From assembly GCF_018977255.1 (NCBI RefSeq), contig NW_024704742.1:122514001-122578000 (forward strand): a stretch of 64,000 nucleotides of DNA. The letters are read 5' to 3'. The DNA is from Callorhinchus milii (taxonomy: Eukaryota). The translations under genes and the position numbers were made by a program. Shown piece after piece: positions 37,391-51,200 of this stretch. A model generated the notes under the pieces. It was given only the letters and a program-made list of their open reading frames with translations. It had not been told where the DNA came from and did no database searches. Position 1 is the first letter of the stretch, and the number at the start of each line of letters is the position of its first letter.

Positions 37391-38749
37391 TAATCTTGAT
37401 TGAAAGAGGCTATAACATTCAACAAGAGTTCCAACTCCAGACCAATGTCCAATAAATGCTGTGGGGAAGTGTGCGAGTGTGGCCCTGAGGCTGTTCAACA
37501 ACAACAACAACTTGCATTTATATAGCGCCCTTCACACGGGGCAGCATCCCAGAGGGTTTAACAGTGGCAGAGCCTGACCCGTTAAAATTAAATTTGAGGC
37601 TGTCAGGCTGCCCCCATAATCAAATACTTACCTCCTATGAGGTAAGCAAGATCTCCCTGGTGACATTCTTATCAATGGAATATCTGAATTGAGTTAATAC
37701 TCCCTTTTGTTCCTTTCCTTTGTCTCAAAATCACCTCTTTGACCAAGCTTTTGGTCATCTTTCTTTACCCCAGTTTGTGGTCCCAGCCAGCAACATCAAG
37801 CACTTTGAGACTTGAAAGGCACTAACTAAATGTAAATTGTGTTGTATTCTCTGTGACTCTTGTTCATCCTGGGCCTGGCAGATCCACAAGACCCTGCTGA
37901 TTCTGAACTGGCCGGCCTGACCTGCCAGCAGGTCTTTGTCACTAGGAGTACAGGTTCTTCCCTCTTGGTTCCTGGTAACTCTGCAAGCCAAATCTCCAAC
38001 TGTTAAATTGATCTTGCTGGCAGGCAGTTTACCAAGAATGTTTGTAAAATCAAGCTGAATGCAATCTGGGTTCCCCAAGCCTTAGCTCTTCCAAACTGCA
38101 CCTAATACTTTCTGGGATTAGTTGGAGGGGGTTATTCCATCCAGGGATAGAGTATGTGCTTCATTCCAGACAGAGATAAATGGAATTTTTCATGCAACTG
38201 TGGAACTCTTAGTTGTTTGCAAACTCTTCAGTATGATGCTGGGTTTCTGCATGTATCAAGATACCCAACTGACCCCAAAAAAATCAATGCAAAGTTTCTA
38301 TGTCATCCATGGGGTGGGCGGCAAAATTCAGGGCATGAAATACCAGTTTCCAGGCTGACAAAAATATGAACTAACATCTACCTGAATAGGCAGATGGTAT
38401 TTCGAGTTAATGTCTCACCTAAAGGAAGGAAGCCTCAACCACGCATCGCCTCTCCAGGACTACACTAAAATGTCACTGCACTGAACTACATAAGTTGAAA
38501 GTCCTGACAAAGGGCTTGGAACCACAACTTTTTGACTCAGAAGTGAGCGTATCACCGATACTGTCAGTGTCCAGGCTGGTCCATGTTTTTCTCAGTCTGG
38601 AGTCTAACACCCGTTGAACCCCATTGCCATGCTTAAGAGTCTTCATTTCAAGCTACTGAAATCTTACAAAAGCACATATCTTGCTAATGGTTTCAGCCTT
38701 AAATCCAGATGGTATCAGGAACCAGACTCCAGAATAATTTGTGCTGCTA

Positions 38750-39035
38750 ACCCAGGCAGGGCGAAACCTTGGGCAAGTTTCATTCCTCTACACACCTCTG
38801 TTTACCTACTGTAAGTAGGAACCGGGTTAGTCGATTGACGTAACGCTTTCTGGGAGTAATAATCTCTTCAAAAAAAACGTGGTCATTCAATCCACGCTGT
38901 TCATTGTGCACTGTTGTGCGCAATTGGCTGCCGCATTTCGCACACAAAATACACAGTCAATTCACTTTACAGTATATTCTGTGAAGCATTTTGAAATGTG
39001 ATAAAGTACTATATCAAATGCAAAGATTATTACTA
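38750..39035 (+). mobile_element. tRNA-SINE long form, 5'-truncated
   Basis: Starts at ccaggcagggcgaaaccttgggcaag; has central segment and tail. Confidence 0.82.
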
Positions 39036-39495
39036 ATCCCACTTTCCTCATTTACAATTATAGCGCACATTTGCTAACAAATATAATTAGGGCAATTTGC
39101 TATCAAAAATGCAGCATAAATGTTATATTAATGATGAAAAAGCATGGTGACTTACAGCAAGGCTGTATTATTGTACTTACAATATCTTTTCTTGTAGTTA
39201 CCATATGGAAAGTCTCTTCCTTTAGGAGATAAGAGTTAACAAACGAGCTGCACTTTGATTATATCATTGTGTTTTCACAAACTGAGGATAAATCAGTTTG
39301 TTTTGACATAAAGCAAAACAAACAGATTTATCTTCAGAGCCAAATTCCCCAGCTACAGCAGTTGAAAATGAATTCAGGAGGGGCAATTCGGATTACAAGC
39401 AACAAGCCTTCCGATTCACTGTAAAAGATGGAGAGACTGCATTGTGTGACTGTTGCAAACATATTAGGTTACCATGGTATTACAATAATACGTAG

Positions 39496-39855
39496 TGGAG
39501 TCCTCCACTGTAGTGGAGTCAGTGGTTAGAACACTCACCTTGCAAGCGAGAGACCCGGGTTCAATTTCCGCCAGGGCGAAATGTTGGGCAAGTTTCCTTA
39601 CTCCACGTGCCTCTGTTTACTTAGCAGTAAGTAGGAATCTGGTTCGTAGTTGATTGGCGGATCGGTTTTCTGCGGTAATAAATCTTTTTTTAAAAATATA
39701 GTCACTTCAATGCACTGTTTTTGGGACACTGCAGTGTGCCATGTTACACCCACAAAATATACAGTCAATTCACTTTACAGTAGATCCTGTGAAGCGCTTT
39801 GAGACGTCTCGAAGACATGATAAGGCGTTATATCAAATGCAAGGATTATTATTAT
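39496..39855 (+). mobile_element. tRNA-SINE long form
   Basis: Rearranged 5' head, central segment and tail. Confidence 0.87.
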
Positions 39856-41719
39856 TACAAAAATAACAACAACTTGCACTTATATAGCACCCTCCACGCA
39901 GGTTAGCGTTTCAGAGTGCTTAACAGTGGCAGAGCCTGAATGTATTATTACAAAGTTCAGTCTTGAACTACGATTGTAGAACCTCACTACAACACACTCT
40001 AATATGCAAGATCCTCTGACTGCATTGGTTTGCAACTCCCTGTTAACAGATAACCCCATGCAACTATTTTCTTTACAGTTTTCTTTTACTTTGAGCATGG
40101 CTTGCACACTCATAAAGGATGATTGCCCTTATAGTGTATTTTCTATTAAATATTTTAACTACATTTAACATACTGTTAATGTTGTTCACTCTCTCTATGG
40201 TGCATTATATGTTCATCATGTTCAGATCATCTGTCATTCTGATTGCACTTGTTTACCTTCCAAACAAATTGTCTGGTGGACTGCGTATCTCCAAACTGAG
40301 AGAGAACTTACTGTAGCATTAAACGTAAAACAGATGGCTTGGAACATCACAAGGCTGTAGCATAATTTCAGGGTTCAAAATGACATAACAATTCCCTCAA
40401 GAAAAGCTAAATCAGTTTAATAACCTCACCCTGATCTCCAGATTGTGTTAGTCTACTAACATATTTTAAACGATCTATTATTTTATGTGCAATTTGATTT
40501 AAGATATTTATTTAAGGTATTTATTGTTATTACAAGGAATATTTTTACTATATTCTGTAGCTTGCTCAGTTCACATAGCAAAATTGTTAGGTTCTTATAC
40601 CTTATTGAATGCCACCAACAATGACAGACAATTTTCCTTTTCTTCTTCCTACCTTTGATTTCTATTGATTGGAGTGCACTGAGATTGACAGCTTTTTTGT
40701 TTGATGTTAACCCTCCAGGCCAAAGCCCTAACACATATGGTGGTCCTTTAGCTGGATAAGCAGTGAGAATCTTGCCAGACAGAAACCATGTAGTTTTAGC
40801 TGGTTAACCTCATGCAATACCCCCAACACACACTCAGGGATCCACAATCCTTGGCTCTTGCCATCCTGTGCCTAATACTCTCCAGAATTAAGTAAACAGG
40901 GTGCACCCTCTAGTGCGCATTCCATTCTAAACACGGAGAAATTTCTATGTGTAAGTGGCATATGATGGATTTCCACTTGTCGGACCAAAAATAATTACCA
41001 TTATCCAATCTTTAAAGTTACTTTGCCTGTTATTTTAGAATATGAGTAATTACAATGTCACCTCAAGTTGACCAATCATTGAAAGGTAGCTAGTTTGGGA
41101 CATATGGGCATGCGACCTCCAGGAAGGTGGAAGGCGAACTAGATGGACCTTGGTCTTCTCTCGACTAACATTTCTTATGTTCTTATGAAAGTAACCACTA
41201 AGTGTGTCTGTTGTTAGAAAGTTAAGTATTTGCAAGAGCATTTTATTAGATACTTTTCTTTTAGGCAAAAGTATCTCGGGATACAGTATATAGATTGGGC
41301 TATGATAAGTGTATGCAACTCCCAGGATGGTGGAAGGTGAAGTGGATGGACCTTGGTGTTCTTCTATCTAGCAATTCTTATGTATGTTCTTAATTCATCC
41401 TCTGAAGCAGGCGTTCTATCCTTATGTAGGTCATTGCTGAAGTCACATTTGGAACATTACGAACACAATGACGATTGTGTGTTAAACAATATTCGGAGAA
41501 GATGAGGAAAGCACGATTCTGGGATGAAATGTTCTTTTATTTTGGGTTCTCTCAATTTTTTCCCCTCCTCTAGGAAGGGCCAGCACCAGGAGAGAGATGT
41601 GTAAGTGATTATTGTGTGGAAGGTTTGTGTGGGGATTCTTTTGGAAATTGATTTGATGGGCCACTCAACCTTTTTTCCACTCCTTCCTGTTTATGTTCCT
41701 GTTAATGCTCAGCAGACTC

Positions 41720-42030
41720 AGGCCTGCTCCATGTCCCCTACACTGCCTGCCCCACCATCGACGGTCAGGCATTCAGCCTTTCTGCCCCAACCATTTGGTA
41801 CTCCATCCCACAATCCCTTTGCCTCATCCCCCTCCCTTGCCTCCCTTCAAGATCCATCTCAAGACCCTCCTCTTCGACCACATCTTCGGTCACCCTCCTA
41901 CCTTCATCCTCCCTACCCTCCACCGCTCCTGGTCCCAACCCCCAGCTCTGGTGCAAATACTTGACTATCCTGCACTGGAGACATCCTTCTGACATGAAAG
42001 GCACTGTGGAAATGTAATTTGTTATTGTTA
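41720..42030 (+). mobile_element. L2 3' end fragment
   Basis: FKIHLKTLLFD and L2 tail. Confidence 0.75.
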
Positions 42031-45000
42031 TGTATCTATGTAATTCTGTAAGAGTTGAAGAGACCAGATGTTTGAGAGGAGCTGTGAGCCAGCTTTTTGA
42101 AATGCTGAGAGGCATGGTTAAATGTAGCTGGGAATAAACTCCTTTATTTTGGACTGAGTGGGGAATTGGAGAACAAGAGTACAAAATCAACCAGCCTTAA
42201 GCAAGACAAGAGGCACTCTGTGGTGGATATTTACAGACTCCTGGCATTTGCGATGATTAATTTTTTTGAAAAATAGCTAGATAGAACTTGGTTTAAGAAT
42301 TGAACTGATATATCTAAGGAATAGTGTGAATAGAGGTGATCGAATGTCCTAATGGATTGAACTTCTTTCCAATACGAAGAGCATTATACAAGTGTAATAT
42401 GTTGTTGTGTTGTTGTCACTCACTGCGGAATAAGTATAATCCCTGTGAACTGAAGTGCATTCATTCACTAATGGAACATTGAAAGTTATTGGATTGTTCA
42501 TTAGTTAAATCGCAATCATTCAACTGACCATTTCCTAATGTTATTAAAGGACAAATCATATGTTAAAAAACAATATCCAATTTTGATATTCTGAGCAGAT
42601 GCATACAATTATACAGATGTTACTGCAAAAATAGGCCATTTAGCCCAACTAATCCATGCCATATACATCCATATACTCTATATGAGCCACCCCCCCACCC
42701 CATCTCCTCTCCAAAACCATACATTCCGTCCACCCTTCATATGAGTTGTTTCCTCTTAAATACTTTCTGCTTCGACAAAAGCTTCCAGCAGTGAGTTCTA
42801 CATTCTCACAACCTTCTTCCTAAAGAAGTTACTCCTAAACTCCCATTTAGATCTGCTAATCTGCCCACACTCTGGACACCAAATTTGGGTGTTGAAAATG
42901 TAACAAAAGATTCCTTGCAAACCAACTATCGATCTGACAAAAATAACTATTAAAAGCAATTTCCTATTGACATTCCTTCTATGTTCATTCACTATAGGAG
43001 TAAATACTGCTATAGAGACTGAATTCCACTGCCACTTTTGTGACAATCAGAGCTGTCTCGTGTAAGAAACTTGTGCCCTTTGGTCACTGCTTTGTATTAT
43101 CGACAATTTCAGGGAATGAGATAGACCCTATCAAGGAGGAGTTGGACTGTAAAAATCTGTAGGCTGAAGGCTGAGTCTGACATAGTGGCAGTTTGGGTTA
43201 TTTCTCACCAGTGATACTAACATCTGCCACATGCTCACCATTCATCATTCCTGTAATGCAGGTTTATCAGTCACAGTGACTGCTGCAATTAACACCAGCC
43301 ACAGGCTCCTTCCAGTCTTCATGAAGGATTTTAGTGGCATTATATAGTCAATACTAGCCAATAGCATCAGTGAGGTGATGAATACACTTCTACGGAGGAG
43401 ATGGGAGGTGCATACACTTTGCAAAATGAACAGGCACAGATTGTTACCATCAACAATCAGTTAAATTCAGATCCCCCAAAATCATACTCAAGCAAATAGC
43501 GCTCTGATCAGACTGCACCTAGAGTACTGCATATAATTCTGGTTGCCATGACATAAGGGAGCTGACGTTATGATGGCTGAGATTCTATATAATATATAAT
43601 AATCCTTGCATTTGATATAGTGATTTTCATGTCTTCTAGACGTCTCAAAGCGCTTCACACAATATACTGTAAAGTGAATTGACTGTAATATTTGTGAGCG
43701 AAATGCGGCAGCCAATTGCGCACAGCAGTGTCCCACTATTGCAAGAAGACAATGAAATAAATTCAACCAGCTGAAGGTCTTACATTCCAAGGAACGTGGT
43801 TTTATTTTCTTTTTAATAATAATAAATGCAAATTGTTGTTGTGCGTGTGCTGGGGAAAGATGTCTGAAGGCGCTGTCAAAGAGGAAGTTCTTTCTTGCTG
43901 TAAAGTGTAAACAATACATATTTGTAGGCAGAAGGTAACTGACCATATTGATGTTCTCTTGCTTGAGCAAGGTCTTTGGGTACGAGAGAAGTGGAGGTGT
44001 TTGTATAATACTTTCCTCTGAGCGGTGAAGCCCATGATAAGGTACCTTTTCCAAGATCAAGATATTAAATGTTGAAATGCTTTTATAAAACATGAGAGCA
44101 AGTATTGTTGGGCATTAATTATATTTTGAAGTGGTTTTAACAATAGTAAATGTTACAGTCAATCTCACTGTGAGGTTGAACAGATAATAACTTTCTACCC
44201 TTTAGATAAGAATGCTGCTCGCAGTTGTGGTGGGTCTGTGTTTTGCTAGAGACAATAGTTTCAAAGATTTTGTTGGAGATTGACCTTTTGTGCAAGTTGA
44301 ACTTTTCAGTGGCAATTAAATTGAAGAATGAACTTCAATATAACACACAAACCAAAATAAGCCACAAAGACAATAACAAGATAAATTGCTGAAATGGCAC
44401 ACCATGAACCATCACCATGTGAAATTCATGCAAAAATTAAGAATAGTTTATTTAAAATTCAAAGATGTATAACACAGCCTATTCAAATGCTTTAACCCCT
44501 TTAATGTTGAATGGGGAGTCAAGTTACTCATTACATTTCACTGAAAGAAAAATGTAAAATGTAAAGTACATGCTTATTTACCAGACTTAGACTGGGCAGA
44601 TTATGAATGAAATGTTAGTCTCGATGTAGAGAGAGAAAATTATACCAAAAGCATGAATTATTTTATTATTACTTTCTGGGAGGCTTTGCAAAGCCTTCTT
44701 GGGGCAACAATGATGGCAAGACTTATTCATTGTTTTTTAGAGTTGAAAGTGATGGGATGGGGATGGATGAATAATATTACTTTGCTTGCCTTTGCTGTTC
44801 TGGAAGTGTTTGTATAATACTTTCCTCCGAGTGTTGAAGCCCATGATAAGGTACCTTTTCCAAACTGTGAAAGCAGCAGGCTTGACAGCTGACCAGTCTT
44901 TCCCATTTCACGTAATTTTCCAGATAAAAGCGAGCATTCACCTCAAGGCTGTTTGTGCGACATTACTGTGCGTAAATTGGTTGTCTTGTTTGCTTACAAA

Positions 45001-47515
45001 TATACGGTCACTCCACTATACAGTAAAGCTTTGAGGCATTTCTCTGATATGTTAATAATAATAATATTAAGGCTCTATATCAAATGTAAGCATCACTTTT
45101 TAGGTTGTTCTGCTACGTTTGACATCAGATCTCCGGTATTTAACTTTTTTGCCTCGGATCATACTACCAACCATCTATTATCCTGCATATAATATATATA
45201 ATTAACCAAGGATTATTTCTTGGTGAATCCCTATTACAGTCATGAATTCTATTTTCAAGGTACATCACAGCTAATGAACACAGTGTTCAGTAGCAGTTAC
45301 TGTTGGCAAGGGCAGCTGTTGCCAGCATGAAAATTGACCGAGGCTAGAATAAACCCCAGATGTGTCACAATCAAATGGTAAACATATGATCACTGCTGGG
45401 AAGTGTTCTCAGGGCTACGACTCAAATAATAATCTTAGGTTTCAGGTGACTGTCATTGTTTTTGGTCAACATGGTATTTGACACACTACCATGTATCCAA
45501 ACCAAACTAATGAGATTTCCACATATGTACGGTTTCCATTTGTCTCCTCCGAGGATTGCACCCTACTTATTTAACCCAGGGGATTTTAAGGTGCAGATTG
45601 AGAAAGACTAATGCTTGGGGAACCTAGAATGTACTTTGGGGTACTGATGGAATTTAACCAGCGAAAACCAAACCAGCCCACCATTGCAGACTATGGGTAA
45701 ATTTATCACTTCTTCTCTGTCCAGATAGCCACTCAGCCAAATGTTCTGCATGCCTGGACCACTCAATATCCCTGTGAGTAGAGATTTTAGACCTTGCCTT
45801 CTGTGAGGTTTTGCCAGATTACTAAAGTCTGATTGATTCAGGGTTTTAAAATGAGCAAAATAAACAAAAGGGTTTTTACAGACAGACACATGCTTATACT
45901 GGCTTATACGTTCTGTCATGTTGACAGCTGTTCTCTCTGTGCATGTATTGGTGTAGATCCTCCTGGTCACAGCGCCCCCCAGTGACCCCAGAGGACTCGT
46001 GCCTACATAGTCACCCTGGATGTAGCCACTGAGCTCTTTTCCCTTGGAATGAGTTTACTGTAACTACAAAAAATACCATTAATTTGGCATCAATTAATCA
46101 ATCTCGCTAAGAGGGGACGCTTGTATGAAAAAATAGAAATGTCCCATTGGCACAGGGGACGTTGTGTGTTTCAGGCTGTGGACAGTAGAAATAGCTTTAC
46201 CTTGTGCCCAATCTGTACTGTAGATGACATGGATGTGCTTGATGCTGACACTGGGTGTACAAGACTTTCCATTACTGACTTCCTTCGCTTTGATGAACTG
46301 AAAAAAAGTTTAAAATACACTGGATAAAAGATAAAATAGAACACATTGTAAATTCACCATAAAAATAATCACCAATTAGATAATTCAGGGCAGTAAATAA
46401 ATGGAGTTCACGTGGCAGTTATGAACTGCATGAACTTGTACTTACAGATCATGGTATAAAATTGAAGCCTTTGATTAGATTATACCTTGTGGTGATTCCC
46501 AGTTATTTACTCTTCTGTGTGTGCTCAAAATATTTAGTGGTTTAAGATTAACGTAAAGTTTAGGCCTAAAATTACTCATGATTCCAGATTCTTCAACATT
46601 CACATGAATCTTTGATAGAAATTATGACTGAAGATATTTCCAGTTGAAGTTAATTTGCAGTTTTAATATTTTTTGCGGTACATGTGTTGCTCAGATTGTA
46701 CTCTACAAGAATATTAAATACAACAACAGTAATTTGCATTTATATAGCACACTTCACATAGTACAATATCTTGGAGCGCTTCACAATCAAGCAGGAAGGA
46801 AGTGGAGGGGGAGATGACCATAGGCCGAGTCGAAAATATATATTTTTTAAGGTGGGATTTAAAGTCAGATAGAGAGGGAGTAAGGTGGAGGGATAGAGAG
46901 ATAGAGGCAGGGAGTTACAGAGGTTAGGGGCATAGTGACTGATGGCTGAGCCACTATTGGTGGGGCAGAGGGGGTAGGGGACTGCTGCAAACCTGTGAGA
47001 GGTGAGAGGAAAAGAGGGTAGAGGTGTTTTCAAAATACAGCGGCACTTCAGTTGAGCCCAACCGATCTCTTGGGACTTTGCTCTGGAGGATTCAAGAAAT
47101 ATAATCATTTTAAGAAGAGCTTCCTGGATTATTTATATTACAAATGTTTGACTAGATGTTTCAGGCATCATACCTACTGCTTTAAGTTAGTGTATGTTTC
47201 TAATCATTTTCCAATAATCTAACCAAATTAAATGCCCTAGTTATCAATTAATATTTCTCTTGTTTAATGTTATTATGAAGTAAATTTAACATATATAAAG
47301 AAGTGTTTGTCAGAAATGGTTTCATTGTAGTTATGGTACTTCAGTGCTGTACTGGTATAAATCAGCATTACAAGGAGGCAAAACATCATCTTACCGGCAT
47401 TGCATAACTATTAAAGATTGTTATGTTAAAGGTAGGAGTATGACTGTGAGGTTGCTATTGAATAGAGCCATAGAATATATATTGGCAAATAGAAACTGAT
47501 GCCAGCCTGTCTTAG

Positions 47516-47850
47516 AGGTGTCAGCCTGGCTCAATGGTGTCAGCCTGGCTCAGTATGCAGCAGTCTTGCCTCTGAGTCAAAAGGTCATGGGTTCAAGACC
47601 CATGTCAGGACTAGCTCATGAACTAGCTGACAATTCTTTACTGTAGTGGGGAGTACTGAATTGTCAGAAATACCATCCTCTGGATGAGACTTTTAAACCA
47701 AGGCCTTGTCTGCCTGTTCAGATGGACAATGAAGATCCCTTGACACTTTTTGAAAAGAGAAAGGAACTTCTTCTGGTATCAACAATCCTGGCAAATAAAG
47801 AAAAGAGGTCACTCATTGCTGTTGGTAGGACATTCCTCTGTGAAAATTAC
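47516..47850 (+). mobile_element. Old Deu-domain SINE
   Basis: tRNA head with duplicated ggtgtcagcctggctca; Deu-like core gatgagac...aaccaaggccttgtctgcc. Confidence 0.72.
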
Positions 47851-47934
47851 CTGCTGCATTCGCCTATTAATTCAGTCGCTAGACCTTTTATCGAGAATGT
47901 GTCTTCCAGTTCCAGGAACCTGTGTAAGGGTTGA

Positions 47935-48298
47935 TGGTAAATGCACCGATTCTATCCCTCTTGTATTGGAAGATGACATTGATGGGGATGGACTGGGTAT
48001 ATCTATCACAGGTATTAATGACAGAACTACAACAATTCTGTTTGTGGATGACATTGTGCTGCTGGCAAACTCATCTGGGGATCTGATGTACTGTACTTAC
48101 TGTCCTGAACACTGGGCCACTCAGTGGAATATGATGGTGGGTGCTTCCAAGTGCAGGATCATGGCTCTGCACAGCTCAAAAAGAAACGTCAAGGGTATTG
48201 ATTGGAATATACAAGGAGCATCTATCCCAATTGTTGACTCTTATTTGTATCCAGGGGCTGTGGTGGACACCAGCTTTTGCTTGAACACCATCCTGTGA
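47935..48298 (+). pseudogene. Divergent non-LTR reverse transcriptase relic (not the local L2/CR1 types)
   Basis: ILFVDDIVLLANSSGDL...WATQWNMMVGASKCRIM...IVDSYLYPG matches RT motifs C-E (xADD, WxMxxNxxKC, YKYLG). Confidence 0.7.
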
Positions 48299-51200
48299 GT
48301 CAAAATGGTCAGATGAGCTAAGACTGTTGGAGTGAATACAAGTATGTGAGTATCCTGGTCCCAGGGGAAATAAATTTGCACTGCACAAATAATGTTGGAT
48401 TAACGAATGCTGTGGCTTGAACAGGTCTCTGGGTGTTGTATTGCCTCTAGCACTTATGCTTTTGCTGGCAAGTTGTTACTTCAATATTGAACTACTTATG
48501 TGACTGCTTCTCAGTGAGGCAACTGAAACAGAATCTGATTTGCCTGCAATGTACTGGAAGTTTTACACCACATTTATATTGCTAGGGGCATAAACTCTAT
48601 GCAAATCCTATTAAAACACAAGCACTACAGTTTACAGCGCCACCAGGTATGAATGCCAAAACAGTTTTGTGCATGATAAAAATGGAATAAATGTCTGTTG
48701 AAGTCCACATTGAATGTTCTTCATCTTTACACCTGGAACAATCAGTTATCAGAAAATACAGTTATTTTAAAAAGGATTCTACTTATTTGCGGCCATTTTT
48801 ATAGTTACTAAGGCCAAAAGTAAGATATGATTGCACTGGTTGTTGTGTGTAACCATTTCTGAAATAAGCTGCTATAAGAACTTTTGATGTCAAAGGAACT
48901 GATGGTTATGTTAGAAAATGAAATGCTATACATTGATCTGGTTTACCACAATTCATTATTGAATGGCTGGGGATCTGAATATCATTTTCAAATATTTCAA
49001 ACAGATTTCACTAGAAATGCACCAGTTAGCAATAAAAACAACCCTTGCATTTGATACGCAGCTTTATCACCCTGAAGGGTCTCAAAGCGCTTCACAGGAT
49101 TCACTGTAAAATGCGGTGACTGTGTATTTGTAGGCAAACTTGACAGACAATTTGCACGCAGCAAAACAGAAATTAGGTAAATGACTGTTTCTTTTTATTT
49201 GGGGGATTGTTAGGCAGGTAAACTCCATTCTCTTTTTGAATAGTGCTCTGGGAGCTTCTACTTTCAGATGAACAGGCAAACAGGATTTCTGTTTTCAACA
49301 TCTCATTCAAAAGCAAAACCTTGCACTCTGAGGCTGAACTCAATGAACTTTGCCTATTAAAATCTCCTTTTCTGTTAAAACCAAAATAATTTCTTGGCAG
49401 ACCAAGTTGTCTCGCACCTTCCCACTTGACTACAGCTTTGGGCGAAAAGTCACAGGGTAGATGGGCTACACAAACTAAACACGATTGCTCCGAGATCTCG
49501 GCAGAAATATTGGCTATGCGTCTGATAGATGAGCAAGACTCCTGCTACTTATAAAGATTCCCTGAATAGATCCCACAAATAATAGTTTTCATTACGCCCC
49601 CAAAACTCTGGAACACTCTCCCTCAATCTCTCCACCTTGTCCCCTCCTTCTCCATCTTCAGGTCACACCTGAAAACCTTCCTCTTCAACCGTGCTTACGC
49701 TCACTTCCCCCCTCCCCCTGGCTTGGCATCATGCTCCACCACTATCAGGTGCTCTGGGATGCTACCCTTTGTGAGGGGCGCTATATAAATGTAAGTTATT
49801 GTTGTTGTTATTCACAGAGCCTGAGCTTGTCCTATAGGTACGAACATTCAGTTTCAATCCGCCTGCTCAAATTGTACAGTAATCTGGTGAAGCCACACCT
49901 AAGGCTCACAATTCCACCAGGTTGCAGCCTTAAGTCAACTTGCTGAAAATTTAAGTTTGTCCAGAATTTTGGAAAAATTTGGGAAAAATTCTGGTTTAAG
50001 GATGCAGAAAACCAGTTACCAAATTACTACTCAATGTAAAATGTTTCCAACCTTCTGCACAGTGTTAAATGTTATGATAGTCGTTTTAAGGCTACTATCA
50101 GGAAAACATTTAGGCTTTGGGGTAGAATTTCAAACCCACTACATAGACAGCTAAACACTGTGGCTTAAGTAGGGTTTTGTAAACCAAATCCAGGAACACA
50201 TATAATAAAAATTAAACTTGCAACAATTCCTGATGCTGGCAATTACTGGAGAAGCTTGTTGGATTAATGGCCGTATTTCTCTGATGAGTGTATCTGTTTA
50301 AGAATTATATTGTTCTTGTTCAGGTTATTGCTGAAGTTAAGACAGGGCAAATTTGGCCAGGGATGTATGATCACCCTACCTACAGGGGGCACTCAGATCC
50401 TAGAGACAATACAGAATAGAATTATTTTTGGTACTACCGGTTTCTAATCAGCTAAAACCACATAGCTTGCCATTGATAGAGAGGGCTGGGAAAACTCAGC
50501 AGGTCAGGCAGCATCTAGGGAGAAGGGAGTCAACGTTTCAGGTCCACGTCCCTTGTCCAGCGAGGACAATTCTACCCATTAGGGCTTTGGCTGGCAGAGT
50601 TAACAGGAGCTGAGTGGAATGACTCTCTGCCCCAAGCGACTGGTCTGCCCTTTCAGGTCCTGCTGATGAGCCAGACTGGCTGTGCTGTCATCAGCAGTGC
50701 ACTAGAATACTGCGAACCCGCCTGGCTCAGGAACCGGACTAACAAGACTGCCGCAGAGGCCTTGCTCGATTTTGACATTCCATTGTCCGGCATGTCCCCT
50801 TGGAGCCAGTTCAGGGACCTTGGTTGAATTTCTTCTCCCTAACCCAAGGGCACCACAACCAATTTTAATGCATGAACTGAGATCAGTCATTCAGCACAGC
50901 TTCAAACTCATATCCTTCTGTTCAATATTCACTAGTACCGAACAAACAGTGCCTTTATCCTCTTAGGCCATCACTGGATCTTTCCATTAGTTTCTAATAT
51001 TGTTCCTTTGCTATAGACAGTCCTTCTTGACTATTAATATATCCAGTACATCAAGAGAGTGAAAATGTCTAAAAGGATTTGGATTTAAATTAAATCAGCA
51101 GGTGGGGCCATTGGCATATTAACAACTTTTAAAATCCTACTTATTGTTGCAGAAATGTTAATTTTTAATAAAGATTTTGGAGGGGAAGCTGGAAGGAATA

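Noticed and set aside
43488..44093. 201-aa minus-strand ORF
   Set aside because: Runs through a SINE tail; no recognisable homology or splice structure.
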